Shown: positions 23,926 to 37,806 of the stretch, piece by piece
Numbering within the stretch: position 1 is the stretch's first letter
How the letters are laid out: each line of letters begins with the position of its first letter
NCBI RefSeq assembly: GCF_001194135.2
Contig: NC_068990.1
Span: 10,891,534-10,955,533 of the forward strand
DNA: 64,000 nucleotides
Direction: 5' to 3'
DNA from: Octopus bimaculoides
Taxonomy: Eukaryota
Program-made: the position numbers and the translations under genes
Notes under the pieces: model-generated
Told to the model about the DNA's origin: nothing
Database searches by the model: none
The model's input: the letters and a program-made list of their open reading frames with translations, nothing else

Positions 23926-24247
23926 AGTGAGAGAGCAGTGCATGTCATCAAAGTGACACTGGGGTAAAATATACGAAGACCAATATACCCGTCTAATAAG
24001 GGTACACCAGACACATGCATCACACCATATGTGCGCAACATGATGTTCTCATATCAACATAAACGGCGCATGACCTCGCAGGTGGGGCCCAGTTAGAATT
24101 TTTTTCAGGTCGAGTAGCCCATCCCGCTCAAAAGGTCCCTGAATAAGGTTTCTTTAAGGATGTTGAATAAAATACCCATGTTTCCAAAGGTGAATTATTC
24201 AAACCCCAAGGAATTCCTTTCAACACACGACTATGACGCTCCCCCAC
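23926..24247. repeat. Unclassified interspersed repeat between two (ATT)n arrays
   Basis: Recognised from memory as a common octopus repeat (GAGAGAGCAGTGCATG..CAAAGTGACACTGGGG...). It is single-copy within this window and therefore not verifiable here. Confidence 0.4.
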
Positions 24248-24249
<2 letters not shown>

Positions 24250-24307
<58 letters not shown>

Positions 24308-24340
24308 CATTATTATTATTATCATTATTATTATTATTAT

Positions 24341-24385
<45 letters not shown>

Positions 24386-24423
24386 CAGTAGCAGTAGTAG
24401 TAGTAGTAGTAGTAGTAGTAGTT

Positions 24424-24483
<60 letters not shown>
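24250..24483. repeat. Compound (TTA)n-(GTA)n microsatellite
   Basis: Directly visible. Confidence 0.98.
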
Positions 24484-24489
24484 CGAAAT

Positions 24490-24860
24490 CGGTGAACTGA
24501 CAAAAACGTTACAACGCTGGACTAACTATTTGGCGGTATTTCGCCCGTCGCTGCGTTTTGAGCTCAACTCCTGCTAAGGTCTATTTTGTCTTTCATCCTT
24601 TCAAGGTCGATAAATTAAGTACCAGTGATACACTGGGGCCAATGTTATCGACTAGTCACTTCCCTCAAAATTTCAGGATTATTTTTGTTACTATTAAGAT
24701 AGCCGGCAGGAGAGAATGGCTTACACACCGGACAAAATGTGCAGGGTTATTTCGTCCAGCTCTTTACAATCTGATGTAAAATTCCGCTGTGGTCGACATT
24801 GCCTCTCATCCTTTATCCATCTATGATACAATACCAGTTTCGCTCTGTAATTGATGTAAT
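24490..24860 (+). mobile_element. Two adjacent diverged SINE copies (OR-type)
   Basis: 24490-24680 and 24705-24860 each align to the SINE head and core (GGTCGATAAATTAAGTACCAG; AATTCCGCTGTGGTCGAC). Confidence 0.8.
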
Positions 24861-27582
24861 AGAATTTCACCTCCCCATATTTTTACGACTATTATTTTAA
24901 CTATGTTAGAATACTTAAATTGTGACAGGAATCCCCATATTTTTATGACTATAATTTTAACTATGTTAGAATGCTTAAATTGTGACAGGAATTGTATATT
25001 TCATCTATTTCGCGACCCTGAATTTAAGAGATGCTACTTTTGTAAATACGTCAATATAGACAGGATATTGAACTGGAATTTCTTGTATTAATCGTAGAAG
25101 GATGGACGCTGGCTTCAGACAAACTTTGAGAGCAATGTTTTCAGTCTACAATGCCTAACAGCAATGTTTTCAGTTTACAATGCCTAACACTCCATCATTA
25201 TGGTAATAATAAGCGCTTTTTTTTATTGTAGTAATAACAGCAATATGTTAACGATTATTATTAAAGAATATTATAAATATCATCAAAATACAAAGCATTA
25301 ATTTTATTGGAAAACACGATTCTTAATTCATGCCACATCAACAATTTGTTGATTTCTGAGAAAAGCTTAATTTAGTATTAATCTGGATTGTGAATTATGA
25401 TACAGATTTTATTTTATTATGTTTCTTTGATTACTGCCTTGCTTGTTAACATTTTCAGATGCTAATCTGGATTCTAGAGAAAATAAATGAAAACGAGGAA
25501 GAAATGAAAGCAAAAAGATTGAAAAACGAAATAGAAAGAGATTAAAATGAATTTCAAAAAATACGAGATAAGAAAAGAAAAAATGGAATTACAAAATAAA
25601 TAAAGCAACAGAAATGCAGTGAATGGAAGAAGAAAATATAAAAATATAAAGAGGAATTGCAAAAAATAATACCCTTCAACAGAGCGAAAAATATCAAAAT
25701 GTTGAAGTAGAAAAACTTGCTAACAAGGGAGTAAATGAAAACGAAGAAATCATATACTGTATAAGAAAATAAAGGTCTAATAGTGGAAAGTCAATATTTG
25801 TTGGTGACTGAGGTAAAAAAAAAAATTGTGAGTGGGAGATTAGTAAATTAAATCGATTACAGTACTTGACTAGTACGCTATTTTGTCGAATCCAAAGTAA
25901 TAAAAAGAATTGTTTACGTAACCGAATCTTAAATCAGATGTTAAAACTGTAATGAGGTACCGCAAGGCATTTTGTACAGTGATCTAATAATTTTGTCAAG
26001 CGACCGCGCTTTTAATTTTATACTGAAGAAAAAACAAAGTGCCAATACAGTGTCTCTGAGAATAGCATGCTAGAGAGACGATGTTATCCTATGTTTGTGG
26101 CATGAGGGATTTCATTAAAGCCATCTAGGGTTCTCTAGATAGAAGTATTAAGCCTAGAAGGCAAAATACAAATACTACAACATATCAGCTCCGATGTCCT
26201 GGTCGTTTTGCCAATACACTATCCTTGTTTTTGTACATTTTATCGAACCCGAATGGCAGGAAGGCAACCCTCGCCTGGACAGGATTCGAACTCAGTATCC
26301 ATAGGAGTGTAGGTAAAAATCGCAACGCTTGAAGGATTCTGCGAATTCGTCAACTGAAACAACTAAGGTTTATTTATAGTTTAGGCACGTATATACACAT
26401 GTATACATATGTGTAGATGTATATATATATAGATGTACATGTAATATGTACACATATATACATATATACACTCATACAGATATCTATACATATATACACC
26501 CATCACACACACATACACATGCACACAAACACACACATTAGTCATTTGTTTTCTTATCCAAAACTACGTCAAGAGTACTGAATGGATCTTTATGAAATTT
26601 GGAAATTATATTCTTTGCATAACGGCCATAACTCCCATGAAAATTCATACATTTTTGATGTTGATGAAATTTTAACCCGAACATAACAGATGAGCATTAT
26701 TTAGAAAATGATGTCACACGTTATCGAGGCTACCATTCTTTCTAGATGTGCACAAGGGGATGNNNNNNNNNNNNNNNNNNNNNNNNNNNNNNNNNNNNNN
26801 NNNNNNNNNNNNNNNNNNNNNNNNNNNNNNNNNNNNNNNNNNNNNNNNNNNNNNNNNNNNNNNNNNNNNNNNNNNNNNNNNNNNNNNNNNNNNNNNNNNN
26901 NNNNNNNNNNNNNNNNNNNNNNNNNNNNNNNNNNNNNNNNNNNNNNNNNNNNNNNNNNNNNNNNNNNNNNNNNNNNNNNNNNNNNNNNNNNNNNNNNNNN
27001 NNNNNNNNNNNNNNNNNNNNNNNNNNNNNNNNNNNNNNNNNNNNNNNNNNNNNNNNNNNNNNNNNNNNNNNNNNNNNNNNNNNNNNNNNNNNNNNNNNNN
27101 NNNNNNNNNNNNNNNNNNNNNNNNNNNNNNNNNNNNNNNNNNNNNNNNNNNNNNNCACATGTATACATATGTGTAGATGTATATATATATAGATGTACAT
27201 GTAATATGTACACATATATACATATATATACGTGTGTTTGGGTGCGTGTGTGTATATACATCTCTATATATAAAGATGATGCGTAGTCTAGACGGCGTTT
27301 TTAGATTTCATTATTCTCTTTAATGATATTCGGAGTAAGAGCAAGACTGACAATTTAACTTATCAACCCAAAATAGGATGAAGTTAAAACTGGCGTCGGT
27401 GGCGCTTGAACGCAGAATATGAAGACTCTAAACCAGACGATTCTTCTGGCGTTCTGATAATTCACCTTCGAATCTGCAAATAATGGTCTAAAATTTCATT
27501 TGAATCAAATTCAGTTTGCATCCATTGAGACATGTAAAAACTATTACATACTGAGAGCAATATCCTCCAAGCAATAGAATAG

Positions 27583-27790
27583 TGGTTTCAAATTTTAGCA
27601 CAAAGCTAGCAATTTCGGAGGAGAGGTATGTCGGTTATATCTACCCCAGTGTTCAACTGGTACCTATTTTATCTATCCCGAAAGGATGAATGGCAAAGTC
27701 GACCTCGGTGGAATATGAACTCAGAACGTAAAGACGAACCAAATACCACTAGGCATTTTGTCCAGTGTCTTAACAGTTCTGCCAGCATAC
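27583..27790 (-). mobile_element. tRNA-derived SINE (OR-type)
   Basis: CCCGAAAGGATGAATGGCAAAGTCGACCTCGGTGGAATATGAACTCAGAACG is the reverse complement of the SINE core. Confidence 0.9.
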
Positions 27791-29129
27791 AACCTTATAG
27801 ACTATTAAAAATGAAATTAGTAACCCCAAAGTAGCTGTTGCTTGAGCCTAGATTATACCTAATCGAGCAAATCTATGATGAAAGAAATTCCATACTTTTT
27901 GTAGCTATCTAGAACCTTAATTTGTACAGCTCTCGTTTTTAAGAAGATTTGAGGGATATGTTGGTTTTACTTTTAGCTAATATTCCCCCGTCAGACATTG
28001 TCCCTCAGGAAAACAATCAAACGGAATATTTTTAAAGTTTTTATTCCTTCATTATCAGTTGAAATCGTATCAGTTAAGACTTGGCTTTCCCTATCCAGAT
28101 GACTATAAGTTCCATTAATAATATGTAGTTTACACAAGAAACTTGTATACTAATATACGGTAGTCAGCTTTGATTTGATGATGTTAAAATATCTAACTAC
28201 ATGGCTATAGTTCGTCCTAGTACTTTTAAGCGTGATAATATTTCCAGACGGACATGTAAGGTATCTATAATATGTAAAACTAAACAGTAGTATCCATATA
28301 TTTAGACATCATTGTAGTTGTTAAATTTCAGTCATGGACATAATACAGGCAGCTGTACCACATTGCTCTCTAAATTATTCCTTTGTACGTTGTCAAAATA
28401 TTCATTTTCGAACAAATAATTACAAAAGAAATATACAAAGAAAAGAATGGGAGAAACAAATTGAAAACATGAATCTTTATGTTCCAGCGACACTAAATTA
28501 CATAAATAATATATTGAAAAGCATTGGAAGTTCATAAAAGTAAATTTTAAGAACGGGTGTATAATAACAAGAACAAACTATTCCAAAACGAACAAATTTA
28601 TAAAAATAAGCTTTAAAATGTAACGAAACATGAGAACTATAAAAACAAAGAAAGAAAGGTATATTTGAAAAATAAAATAGTTGTTTATTCTTGTTCCATT
28701 TATTATTTAATCGTAATTCCAACAAAATGATTATTATTTAATCGTTTTATGTTGGATGACAGAATCGCTACAGCGACGAAGAAAATTCATTGCACTATTA
28801 ATGTATGAAATTATAAACACGTTGTACAGACTAAATCATTAAACGCTAGAACAACACATTTGATATTTTACCTGCTCTTTAAGTTTCGTTATCAAATAAC
28901 TCTGAGTTAATGTTTGAAGTTCATCCATTTAGGGTCGATAGAATAGAGTATTAAGGCTGATGAAATTCACTAAATACCCCCTTTCAAAACAGAAGACTTT
29001 GTAGTTTAAAATAGAGACCCGCAGTAACAGCAGCAGTAGTAGTTACTTAACACAATATGCAATCAGAGAGCACCTGATGAACTGGAATATATCCACGCTT
29101 TGTTTTATGTAATTTATGTAATTATTTTG

Positions 29130-29720
29130 ATGTAGGTTATTAGGTTTTTGAATTCACGAAAGCTGATTTGACGAATCGGTTTGAGGATTTTGGAAATATT
29201 TAAATAAGCTTTGTTAACGCAAAACAATGTGCGTTACTTCTGAATTTGCTGTAAGGCGTACTTTCCAAGAATCTGGTAGTTGAGTACATGTTCTCAATAA
29301 TTTCGCTTATAATTTTGTTGAGATTAGAAAATATAAAAGAGATGATAAAAATATCTTATGGAAATTAAGCAAGATACTCAAAATCAGACATTAACAGTTT
29401 GGAAAACACACAGAACGCTAATATATTTGCAATTTAAAACCGATATTGGTGATAGCGGAAATGTGCATAACGCTACAATACCAAAGTTAATTTTAGCAAT
29501 GTCTTGAGAAATGAACTGTAAATGCAAAAGCTCACCTAAAATATATCGAAAAATTATGCAACCAAGTTTCTGCCTCCGTGGTTTTACAATTTTATCGGCG
29601 AAAGATCAGTATGATAAATTACATACTTGACTATCTGAGAAAGAATATCGGTATCAGAGCAGCTTCAAAGAATTTACATTAAGCTCTGGTGAGTCTATGG
29701 GGTAATACGATCAGTGTTTA
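29130..29720 (+). mobile_element. Possible very old LINE RT remnant
   Basis: Only faint echoes of RT motifs (an FTKA..D-like piece). Heavily decayed. Confidence 0.2.
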
Positions 29721-30654
29721 ATAGGGGATGTGGGGCTATGTACTTCATTCTATGACTCGAAGATGTGGTAAGATATCATGGTTAGTTGGTGTTCTACGCT
29801 CCGTTCAGACACTAGGACTGTAACATAGAGTAAAACAGATACAAAAGACACCGTCAGGAACGATGATGCAGAAACTTTTTTTTAAATATGGCACAATACA
29901 AGCAGGTTTCAAGCATCAAATAGAAAGAAATGTCGCATTCTTGGACAGCGTCAGCTTAGGCCTGCAGCTTCCAGGGACCCACAAAATAAAATACTGCCAT
30001 CCCGGAGCTTTAATTCAACGTGTATGAAGAGGCGACACCAAGTACTAAAATGTAGAGAGTCGAGATGTTATATTTGTGGAAGTATGGACTATGTGAGGGC
30101 ATTTTCTCCAAAGAGGTAAAAAGTTGTGTAGGATAGGAGGGACAGCAATAATAAAAGACAACATGCGATTTTGACAACACAACACACTTCACAGATTTGA
30201 GAATGGATGAGGTAACTGCCTCGAATTTTCTCTGCTTTTCTGCTATGGAAACTATAATATCTTTGCTTGCTTCTCTTTAAAGAGTGAAGAAAACCTGATA
30301 ATCCGTTTTATAATTTTCCCGAGAGGGAAGTACGCATTGTATAATACAGCTTGAAGGCAGGGCAATAAAGGCTATTATCGGTATATGACTTTTGAATGCG
30401 ATTTGACGTAGGCTGAATACTGGCTATTCAACGAAAAACTAACTAGTGCTGAATATGTCATGACAGAACATTCAATTATCTGTCAACTGAATTCCTAGCG
30501 CCACATGGCACGAAGATTACTCTGAATAATGCGGCCGTGGTATGTGTGCGTGTGTGTGTGCGTGCGTCAGTTTGCATAACTTTGTAACTACGTAGTTTTG
30601 TGTTCAGTATTATTCCGTAGCGCCTTCAACAAATATATATTCCAGAGACCAAAA

Positions 30655-30830
30655 TGAATTGGCAGAATCGTTTCCACACAGGGCAAAACGATTAACGGCA
30701 TTTCTTCCTTTTTCGAGTTCTGACTTCAAACGCCAGCAGGGTCGTTTTCACCTTTCATCCTTTCGGAGTTGATACAATAAGTAGCAGTTGAGCACTGGGG
30801 TAATCGACTTACACCCAAATTCACCTTGTC
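30655..30830 (+). mobile_element. tRNA-derived SINE (OR-type), diverged
   Basis: TGGCAGAATCGTT...TTCTGACTTCAAA...CCTTTCATCCTTTCGGAGTTGATA...GCACTGGGG. Confidence 0.8.
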
Positions 30831-30882
30831 AGTGAATTTAGTCGACGAAAACTGTATGAAAGACCGCCATATGGGTGTTGTA

Positions 30883-30928
<46 letters not shown>

Positions 30929-33119
30929 TGAGTATACGCACTTGCGTATTGTGGTGTTTGTTTCTGCATCGGTTGACACCTGCTGTTAATTTGCGGACGT
31001 CCACCTATCAAAGAGGCCCAGCAACACAGCTCTATAGAATAAGTACCTGAGCTATACAAATACGAGACAGCAGTTGATCCATTCAGTTGCACCATGTAAG
31101 GCGAGGCGGCTGTGTGTTGTTCGCTGTCTAATGACTGTAAGAGGTAAAGACTATGTATTTGTGAGCGTGTTCGTGAGTGTGTGCGCGCGTTTATACCTGT
31201 GTGCGTGCGGGGGTGTATGTGCGTGTACGTGTGTGTGCTCGTGTATGCATTTGTTTGTGTGTGCGCGCATGTGATTGTGTGCGTGTAACTCTGTGTATTT
31301 TTATGTGTGTATGTGTGTATATATGCGTGTGAGTGTGTATACCTTCCACAGCTGAAGCATAAACACAACAAAGGAACAAATGTAAAATTCAAACAAGACA
31401 CGTGCGCTGCTCTTTTCCCGTCATTTATCGTTCAAACATCCTTCTCGATTTCACGCATTCAACGATGATATCGTGTACTTTGGTGGCGTGAAAGGCGAAA
31501 AGCTGGTGGGAAGCGCGAGCGATTTTTGAAGACAGTGACGAAAACAAACAAGACACGGAGATGTGATTATACAAACAAAATCAATATAAAATATACAAAA
31601 CAAGTCTGTGCAGCTCCGCAGTGGGGCGTATATATTAGTAACCCAAATTAAAATGTCCTATAGAAGTGGAAACGAGGAGATAAATGGAAAAAAGTAAGCG
31701 AAAGATGAAAACATGGNNNNNNNNNNNNNNNNNNNNNNNNNNNNNNNNNNNNNNNNNNNNNNNNNNNNNNNNNNNNNNNNNNNNNNNNNNNNNNNNNNNN
31801 NNNNNNNNNNNNNNNNNNNNNNNNNNNNNNNNNNNNNNNNNNNNNNNNNNNNNNNNNNNNNNNNNNNNNNNNNNNNNNNNNNNNNNNNNNNNNNNNNNNN
31901 NNNNNNNNNNNNNNNNNNNNNNNNNNNNNNNNNNNNNNNNNNNNNNNNNNNNNNNNNNNNNNNNNNNNNNNNNNNNNNNNNNNNNNNNNNNNNNNNNNNN
32001 NNNNNNNNNNNNNNNNNNNNNNNNNNNNNNNNNNNNNNNNNNNNNNNNNNNNNNNNNNNNNNNNNNNNNNNNNNNNNNNNNNNNNNNNNNNNNNNNNNNN
32101 NNNNNNNNNNNNNNNNNNNNNNNNNNNNNNNNNNNNNNNNNNNNNNNNNNNNNNNNNNNNNNNNNNNNNNNNNNNNNNNNNNNNNNNNNNNNNNNNNNNN
32201 NNNNNNNNNNNNNNNNNNNNNNNNNNNNNNNNNNNNNNNNNNNNNNNNNNNNNNNNNNNNNNNNNNNNNNNNNNNNNNNNNNNNNNNNNNNNNNNNNNNN
32301 NNNNNNNNNNNNNNNNNNNNNNNNNNNNNNNNNNNNNNNNNNNNNNNNNNNNNNNNNNNNNNNNNNNNNNNNNNNNNNNNNNNNNNNNNNNNNNNNNNNN
32401 NNNNNNNNNNNNNNNNNNNNNNNNNNNNNNNNNNNNNNNNNNNNNNNNNNNNNNNNNNNNNNNNNNNNNNNNNNNNNNNNNNNNNNNNNNNNNNNNNNNN
32501 NNNNNNNNNNNNNNNNNNNNNNNNNNNNNNNNNNNATATATATATATATATATATATAGGTGAGGACGTCAACAACAGTAAGCAACATGAACTGCGAAAC
32601 CAAATAGAAAACAAGACAAGTAACACAAAGAACGACCATTCATTAGTTGTCGGCTGTCTATCTACTCCTCATTTCGAGCACTGAACGACAACGTCAAAGA
32701 CAGGTGCTCCCATAGATATCAAAATAAAATATGGGATTTATGGACGGTGAAAGTTGGGAACAAATACAGAACAGTGGAGACATACAAGGAAGCCGAACGA
32801 AAACAAACATGGAGGGTCGTTAGACCAGAACGAGCGTAAAATACCGAACGCTGGAGAAATAGTTTCTTTGACAAGAGAAAAAATAGGAGAGAGATAGGAT
32901 ACGTGCAGTATTTAGGACGGTGCTGAAATAAAAGAAAGATGATCACGTGAGGAAAAGAAAGATGGACAATGGTTGCGTGTGAACAACAAGAGATAGAAAA
33001 GAAGAAAGAACGGGGGAGTGACAATTAGAAAACGGTGAAGGGGAGAAAAGGAGAATTAGAGAAAAGGATGTGAGAGGAAACGATGGGCAGAAAATAGTAT
33101 AGAATTGAGTATACAGTAA

Positions 33120-33356
33120 GGAGGCGAACTGGCAGAAACGTTAGCGCGCTGGGTGAAATGCTTAGCGGTATTTCGTCTGCCACAACGTTCTGAGTTCAAA
33201 TTTCGCCGAAGTCGACTTTGCCTTTCATCCTTTCGGGGTCGATTAAATAAGTACCAGTTACCCACTGGGGTCGATATAATCGACTTAATCCATTTTTCTG
33301 TCTATGTTTGTCCCCTCAGTGTGTAGCCCCTTGTGGGCAATAAAGAAACAAGAAAA
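33120..33356 (+). mobile_element. tRNA-derived SINE (OR-type), full length, young
   Basis: Near-identical to the 36595 and 36830 copies, including the 3' GTGTAGCCCCTTGTGGGC..TAAAGAAA end. Confidence 0.95.
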
Positions 33357-33432
33357 CAAGGTGCCACGCAGTGTGACTAAACCCAGAACCATGTTGTTCG
33401 TAAGCAAGCTACTTACCATACAGCCATTCCTG
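33357..33432 (-). mobile_element. Head of a second SINE family (tRNA-like), antisense
   Basis: Reverse complement GGAATGGCTGTATGGTAAGTAGCTTGCTTACGAACAACATGGTTCTGGGTTTAGTCACACTGCGTGGCACCTT resembles the heads at 60418 and 61181. Confidence 0.75.
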
Positions 33433-33434
33433 AA

Positions 33435-33508
<74 letters not shown>

Positions 33509-34771
33509 TATATCATCAGAGATATACAAAATAATTTCCAGGGAATGATCATTCCTTTTTGATGTAAATAATTTTCTGTAGGGTCAAAAAATGTTATATA
33601 AACGTGTATTGACCTCTGTTTCTTTTGTTTGTTTTCTTTAAATTTTTATCATTAATCTTTTTTTTATTATTATCATTATTATTGAAGCATTACGTTTTTG
33701 TCCAAGTGTGGTTTATTTATTTACTATAATCTGTAAGAATTATAAATTAGAATTATCAGCAAGTCAACCGTTGATGCACAATTCAAAAACACCTTCCAGC
33801 TGGATATTAATATTTTTACATTTTTTTTTAACTGACATAATTATAAAAATAAACTGTAGTCAGATGACAAAAATAACAATAGCAGATTATTCCAGAAACA
33901 CGTAAGCATGCGCACAAAAATAAGAGCCGTTAAATATAATGAAGGGAACACAACACGCAATAATTAATATGAATACTTAAAGTGATACACAGGGGAAAAA
34001 AATTGCAATTGACAAATCAAAGTTTTATACTGACAGGAAAGCGTTTTTAAAAGATCGGATATTTTTTAGCGTACTGTGATATGTGCTCGAATGCCATAAT
34101 CCATTAACACATTTTTTGGAATATGCGTCAAGGGAAGAAAAATATCTGCTGCTCAAACCATAGGATCATTGCAAGACGGTACATGAGAAAAATACCAGAC
34201 GATGTCGAGTAATAAATTTTGAAAGGTAACAGCACACCACAGCAACATACACAAATGAAAAAAAATCTCATCATTACTGATTTATAGAAAATGGTAGAGA
34301 CTTCGTAATTGTTCCAATGGTGAGAAACAGAGCAGCTTCGCATTAAATATAATGTCGAAATCAGTGAATTTCAGAGAGGGATTCTCAATTAGAGGAATCT
34401 ATAAAACAGTTTTAACTGTCCAACGTTACGGAAAATCTCCGAATTAAATATTTAATGCATATGATGTTCACAACAACATGCCTTCTCAGGAGAAACTAAT
34501 TTTTGATCGCATTTTAAATGTTGCAAGTCTAAGAATACGTTGCATGAGATACACAGTTGAATCATCTAGCAACAATACCCGTTCAGCTGTGATGGTTTGA
34601 AACAACGAAAAGCACAAACACGTATAAATGTATATACACACAGCCATAAGTAAATTTATCTAACACACGACACGCATTTGTATATATATTTGTAGGTGTG
34701 TGTGTATGTGTGTATGCGCATTACATATTAATACATATATATGTGTGTGTGTGTGTATATATATATATAAA

Positions 34772-34816
<45 letters not shown>

Positions 34817-34820
<4 letters not shown>

Positions 34821-34970
34821 ACACATCCTCTCCCATGCTACATCCCATGAGAATCGTGGCCTCAATGGCATGCGGCAGTAGGGTTTTCACCACTACTCGC
34901 GTTCCGTTGCAGAACATTGGTGGCTCCGAATTCCTACAAAGCATGACTGGAGCACCAAGTTTGAGACACA
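34817..34970 (-). mobile_element. Helitron PIF1-like helicase fragment
   Basis: LCLKLGAPVMLCRNSEPPMFCNGTRVVVKTLLPHAIEATILMGCSMGEDVFI matches the Helitron helicase motif LKVGAPIMLLRNL.PP.LCNGTRL. Confidence 0.9.
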
Positions 34971-35568
34971 ATGTATGTGTGTATCGATATGTGTATATAT
35001 GTGCGTGTATATACATATGTGTGTGTATATATATATATGTATATATANNNNNNNNNNNNNNNNNNNNNNNNNNNNNNNNNNNNNNNNNNNNNNNNNNNNN
35101 NNNNNNNNNNNNNNNNNNNNNNNNNNNNNNNNNNNNNNNNNNNNNNNNNNNNNNNNNNNNNNNNNNNNNNNNNNNNNNNNNNNNNNNNNNNNNNNNNNNN
35201 NNNNNNNNNNNNNNNNNNNNNNNNNNNNNNNNNNNNNNNNNNNNNNNNNNNNNNNNNNNNNNNNNNNNNNNNNNNNNNNNNNNNNNNNNNNNNNNNNNNN
35301 NNNNNNNNNNNNNNNNNNNNNNNNNNNNNNNNNNNNNNNNNNNNNNNNNNNNNNNNNNNNNNNNNNNNNNNNNNNNNNNNNNNNNNNNNNNNNNNNNNNN
35401 NNNNNNNNNNNNNNNNNNNNNNNNNNNNNNNNNNNNNNNNNNNNNNNNNNNNNNNNNNNNNNNNNNNNNNNNNNNNNNNNNNNNNNNNNNNNNNNNNNNN
35501 NNNNNNNNNNNNNGGGAAAGTAGGAGTCCAAGGGAGATAATTCCACGCAAAATATCGTCTTTGTTTTA

Positions 35569-35607
<39 letters not shown>

Positions 35608-35689
35608 TGAAAAGCGTGGAGGTGTACTTGTAAAATTACGCGTGACGTAAGATGCAGAATCCGCATTCGGTAAGTCGACGGGCGCCAGC

Positions 35690-36590
35690 TTTTGGCTAGG
35701 AAGTGCCAAAGTGGTGCCATACAAGAGTTCCTCAGAGGAGTTGCCTAAATCCTCCTTAACAGCTGAGCAGCAACCCAGCAGAACAATGGGGAGAAAGTCA
35801 GACCAACGATGAGGATCAGGAGTAGCACAGATAACTAGCGATGAAACCCTTCTACCATGCCGTTCGCGATGAGGTGGTAACTAGTGCTGTGGATGTGCTG
35901 AACTCCGAGCAATCTCGAAAGCTCATGAAACAGACAAGCTTCAAACTGGTGTCCACGGTCGGTGGTACTTCTAGAGGATAATTCTTAGAGGCGATCCACA
36001 CGGAGATGTGGGCTCTGGCGACCGATTCCGCGGAAATGTCCACAAGTTGGATGGCTGCAGGCCATCTGGAGATCGGTCGCTGCAGGTCAAGAACCTGGCG
36101 TCCAGTGGCTGAAAGTGCTCAAGGGGCGCTCGCACGTGACGATGAACCTTGGAACCCTGACACTGGAGGCAGGCACGTGACCAAACAGTAATAGAGCGAC
36201 GCACATTCGGCCAGATAAAGCGGGCTGAGATAATGCTTGGGTGCAACAGCGAATGTAGAGCATCAAAAATAGGATGACGGTGATGTTCAGGATCGAGTAG
36301 TCGGGGTGACTCGGTAGAAACATCGCAGAGGATGGTTCCTTCAGAAAAAGGCAGAGGCAGTTGTTCAAACTTGCAGCAGGAAAACTGTGGTGAAGAGACT
36401 TCCAGAGAGTCCTAGGTGGGATGGTCAGTAGCCATAGCAACCAAATTAATCGAAGCAGGAGTCGACAACGCACAAATATGCAGGCCAACATCAGCACTGG
36501 GACCACTAGAACGTGTGATTTCGTCCATGCCTCGTCAATGTTGGACGCTCGGACAGCAGCGATTTCTTCCTATAGCAATATTTACAACCG
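35690..36590 (-). mobile_element. Gypsy-type LTR retrotransposon pol remnant (RNase H end, integrase)
   Basis: ISARFIWPNVRRSITVWSRACLQCQGSKVHRHVRAPL (integrase Zn-binding region), DISAESVARA and EDLGNSSEELLYGTTLALP. Frameshifted, and truncated by a SINE insertion. Confidence 0.85.
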
Positions 36591-36594
36591 CAGT

Positions 36595-37190
36595 AAGGCG
36601 ACAGCTGGCAGAAACGTTAGCACATCAGGTGAAATGCTTAGCGGTGTTTCGTCTGCCGTTACGTTCTGAGTTCAAATTCTGCCGAGGTCGACTTTGCCTT
36701 TCATCCTTTCAGGTTCGATAAATTAAGTACCAGTTACGCACTGGGGTCGATGTAATCGACTTAATCCCTTTGTCTGCCCTTGTTTGTCCTCTCTGTGTTT
36801 AGCCCCTTGTGGACAATAACGAAATAAGAAACGTCAGCACACCGGGCGAAATGCTTAGCGGTATTTCATCTGCCACCGCGTTCTGAGTTCAAATTCCGCT
36901 GAGGTCGACTTTGCCTTTCATCCTTTCGGGGTCGATAAATTAAGTACCAGTTACGCACTGGGGTCGATATAATCGACTTAATCTGTTTGTCTGTCCTTGT
37001 TTGTCCCCTCTGTGTGTAGCCCCTTGTGGGCAGTAAAGAAATAGGTATTTCATCTGTCTTTACGTTCTCACTTCAAATTCCGCAAAGGTAGATTTTGCCT
37101 TTCATCCTTTCGAATTCGATAAATTAAGTGTCAGTTGCGTACTGAAGTCGATCTAATTTCAGGCCTTGTGCCTAGAGTAGAAAAGAATAT
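36595..37190 (+). mobile_element. Three head-to-tail SINE copies (OR-type)
   Basis: Copies at ~36595-36828, 36828-37042 and 37043-37190. Each later copy is more 5'-truncated and begins in the previous copy's A-rich tail. Confidence 0.93.
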
Positions 37191-37415
37191 TTGTAACCAC
37201 AGTGCTAGAACATCTCTTTTTATGTCTATCATATAGTAAGACAAAGTGTGTGTTTATGAGAGTGTATGCTGATCCTCTTTTTTGCCTGATGAACGTGAGC
37301 AACTGCACTTAATTTGGTGTGTTTCATGCAAAATCAGCTGCTATTGAACATTCTATTAAATACAAAATCTTTCCAACGTTGTGATTCACACCAGTGTCAA
37401 TGCATTATCTTCAAC

Positions 37416-37446
<31 letters not shown>

Positions 37447-37775
37447 TATATATACTTATATATATATATGCTTATATGTATCCATGTATTCATATATTCG
37501 CGTATGCCAGTATGTATTTGTGTATGCATACGTACGTGGATGTAGTTAACAATAAATAAATATCTGCATGGGTAAATTACCAGAATGTTTGTTTTTATTT
37601 ATTATTTTCCGACGTTCATCGGATCTCCCAGTTTCTTCCACCTGCAATAAAACACTACTTCTACCACAAATTCTATGCAATAAAATCTCCTTTTAGAAAT
37701 CATTAGCTTCATTAATGTCAACACTGTCGATAAAAATCATTGAACATAATCATCGTCATCGTTATCAGCATCATT

Positions 37776-37806
<31 letters not shown>

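Noticed and set aside
24870-25190. Short tandem duplications (~60 bp twice at ~24872-24990; 29 bp twice at ~25130-25188)
   Set aside because: Ordinary slippage duplications with no further structure.
29073-29100. CTGATGA-ACTGG-AATATAT-CCA as a sixth hammerhead
   Set aside because: No GAAA box or cleavage-site/stem I follows. The other CTGA(T/A)GA hits in the window also lack the architecture.
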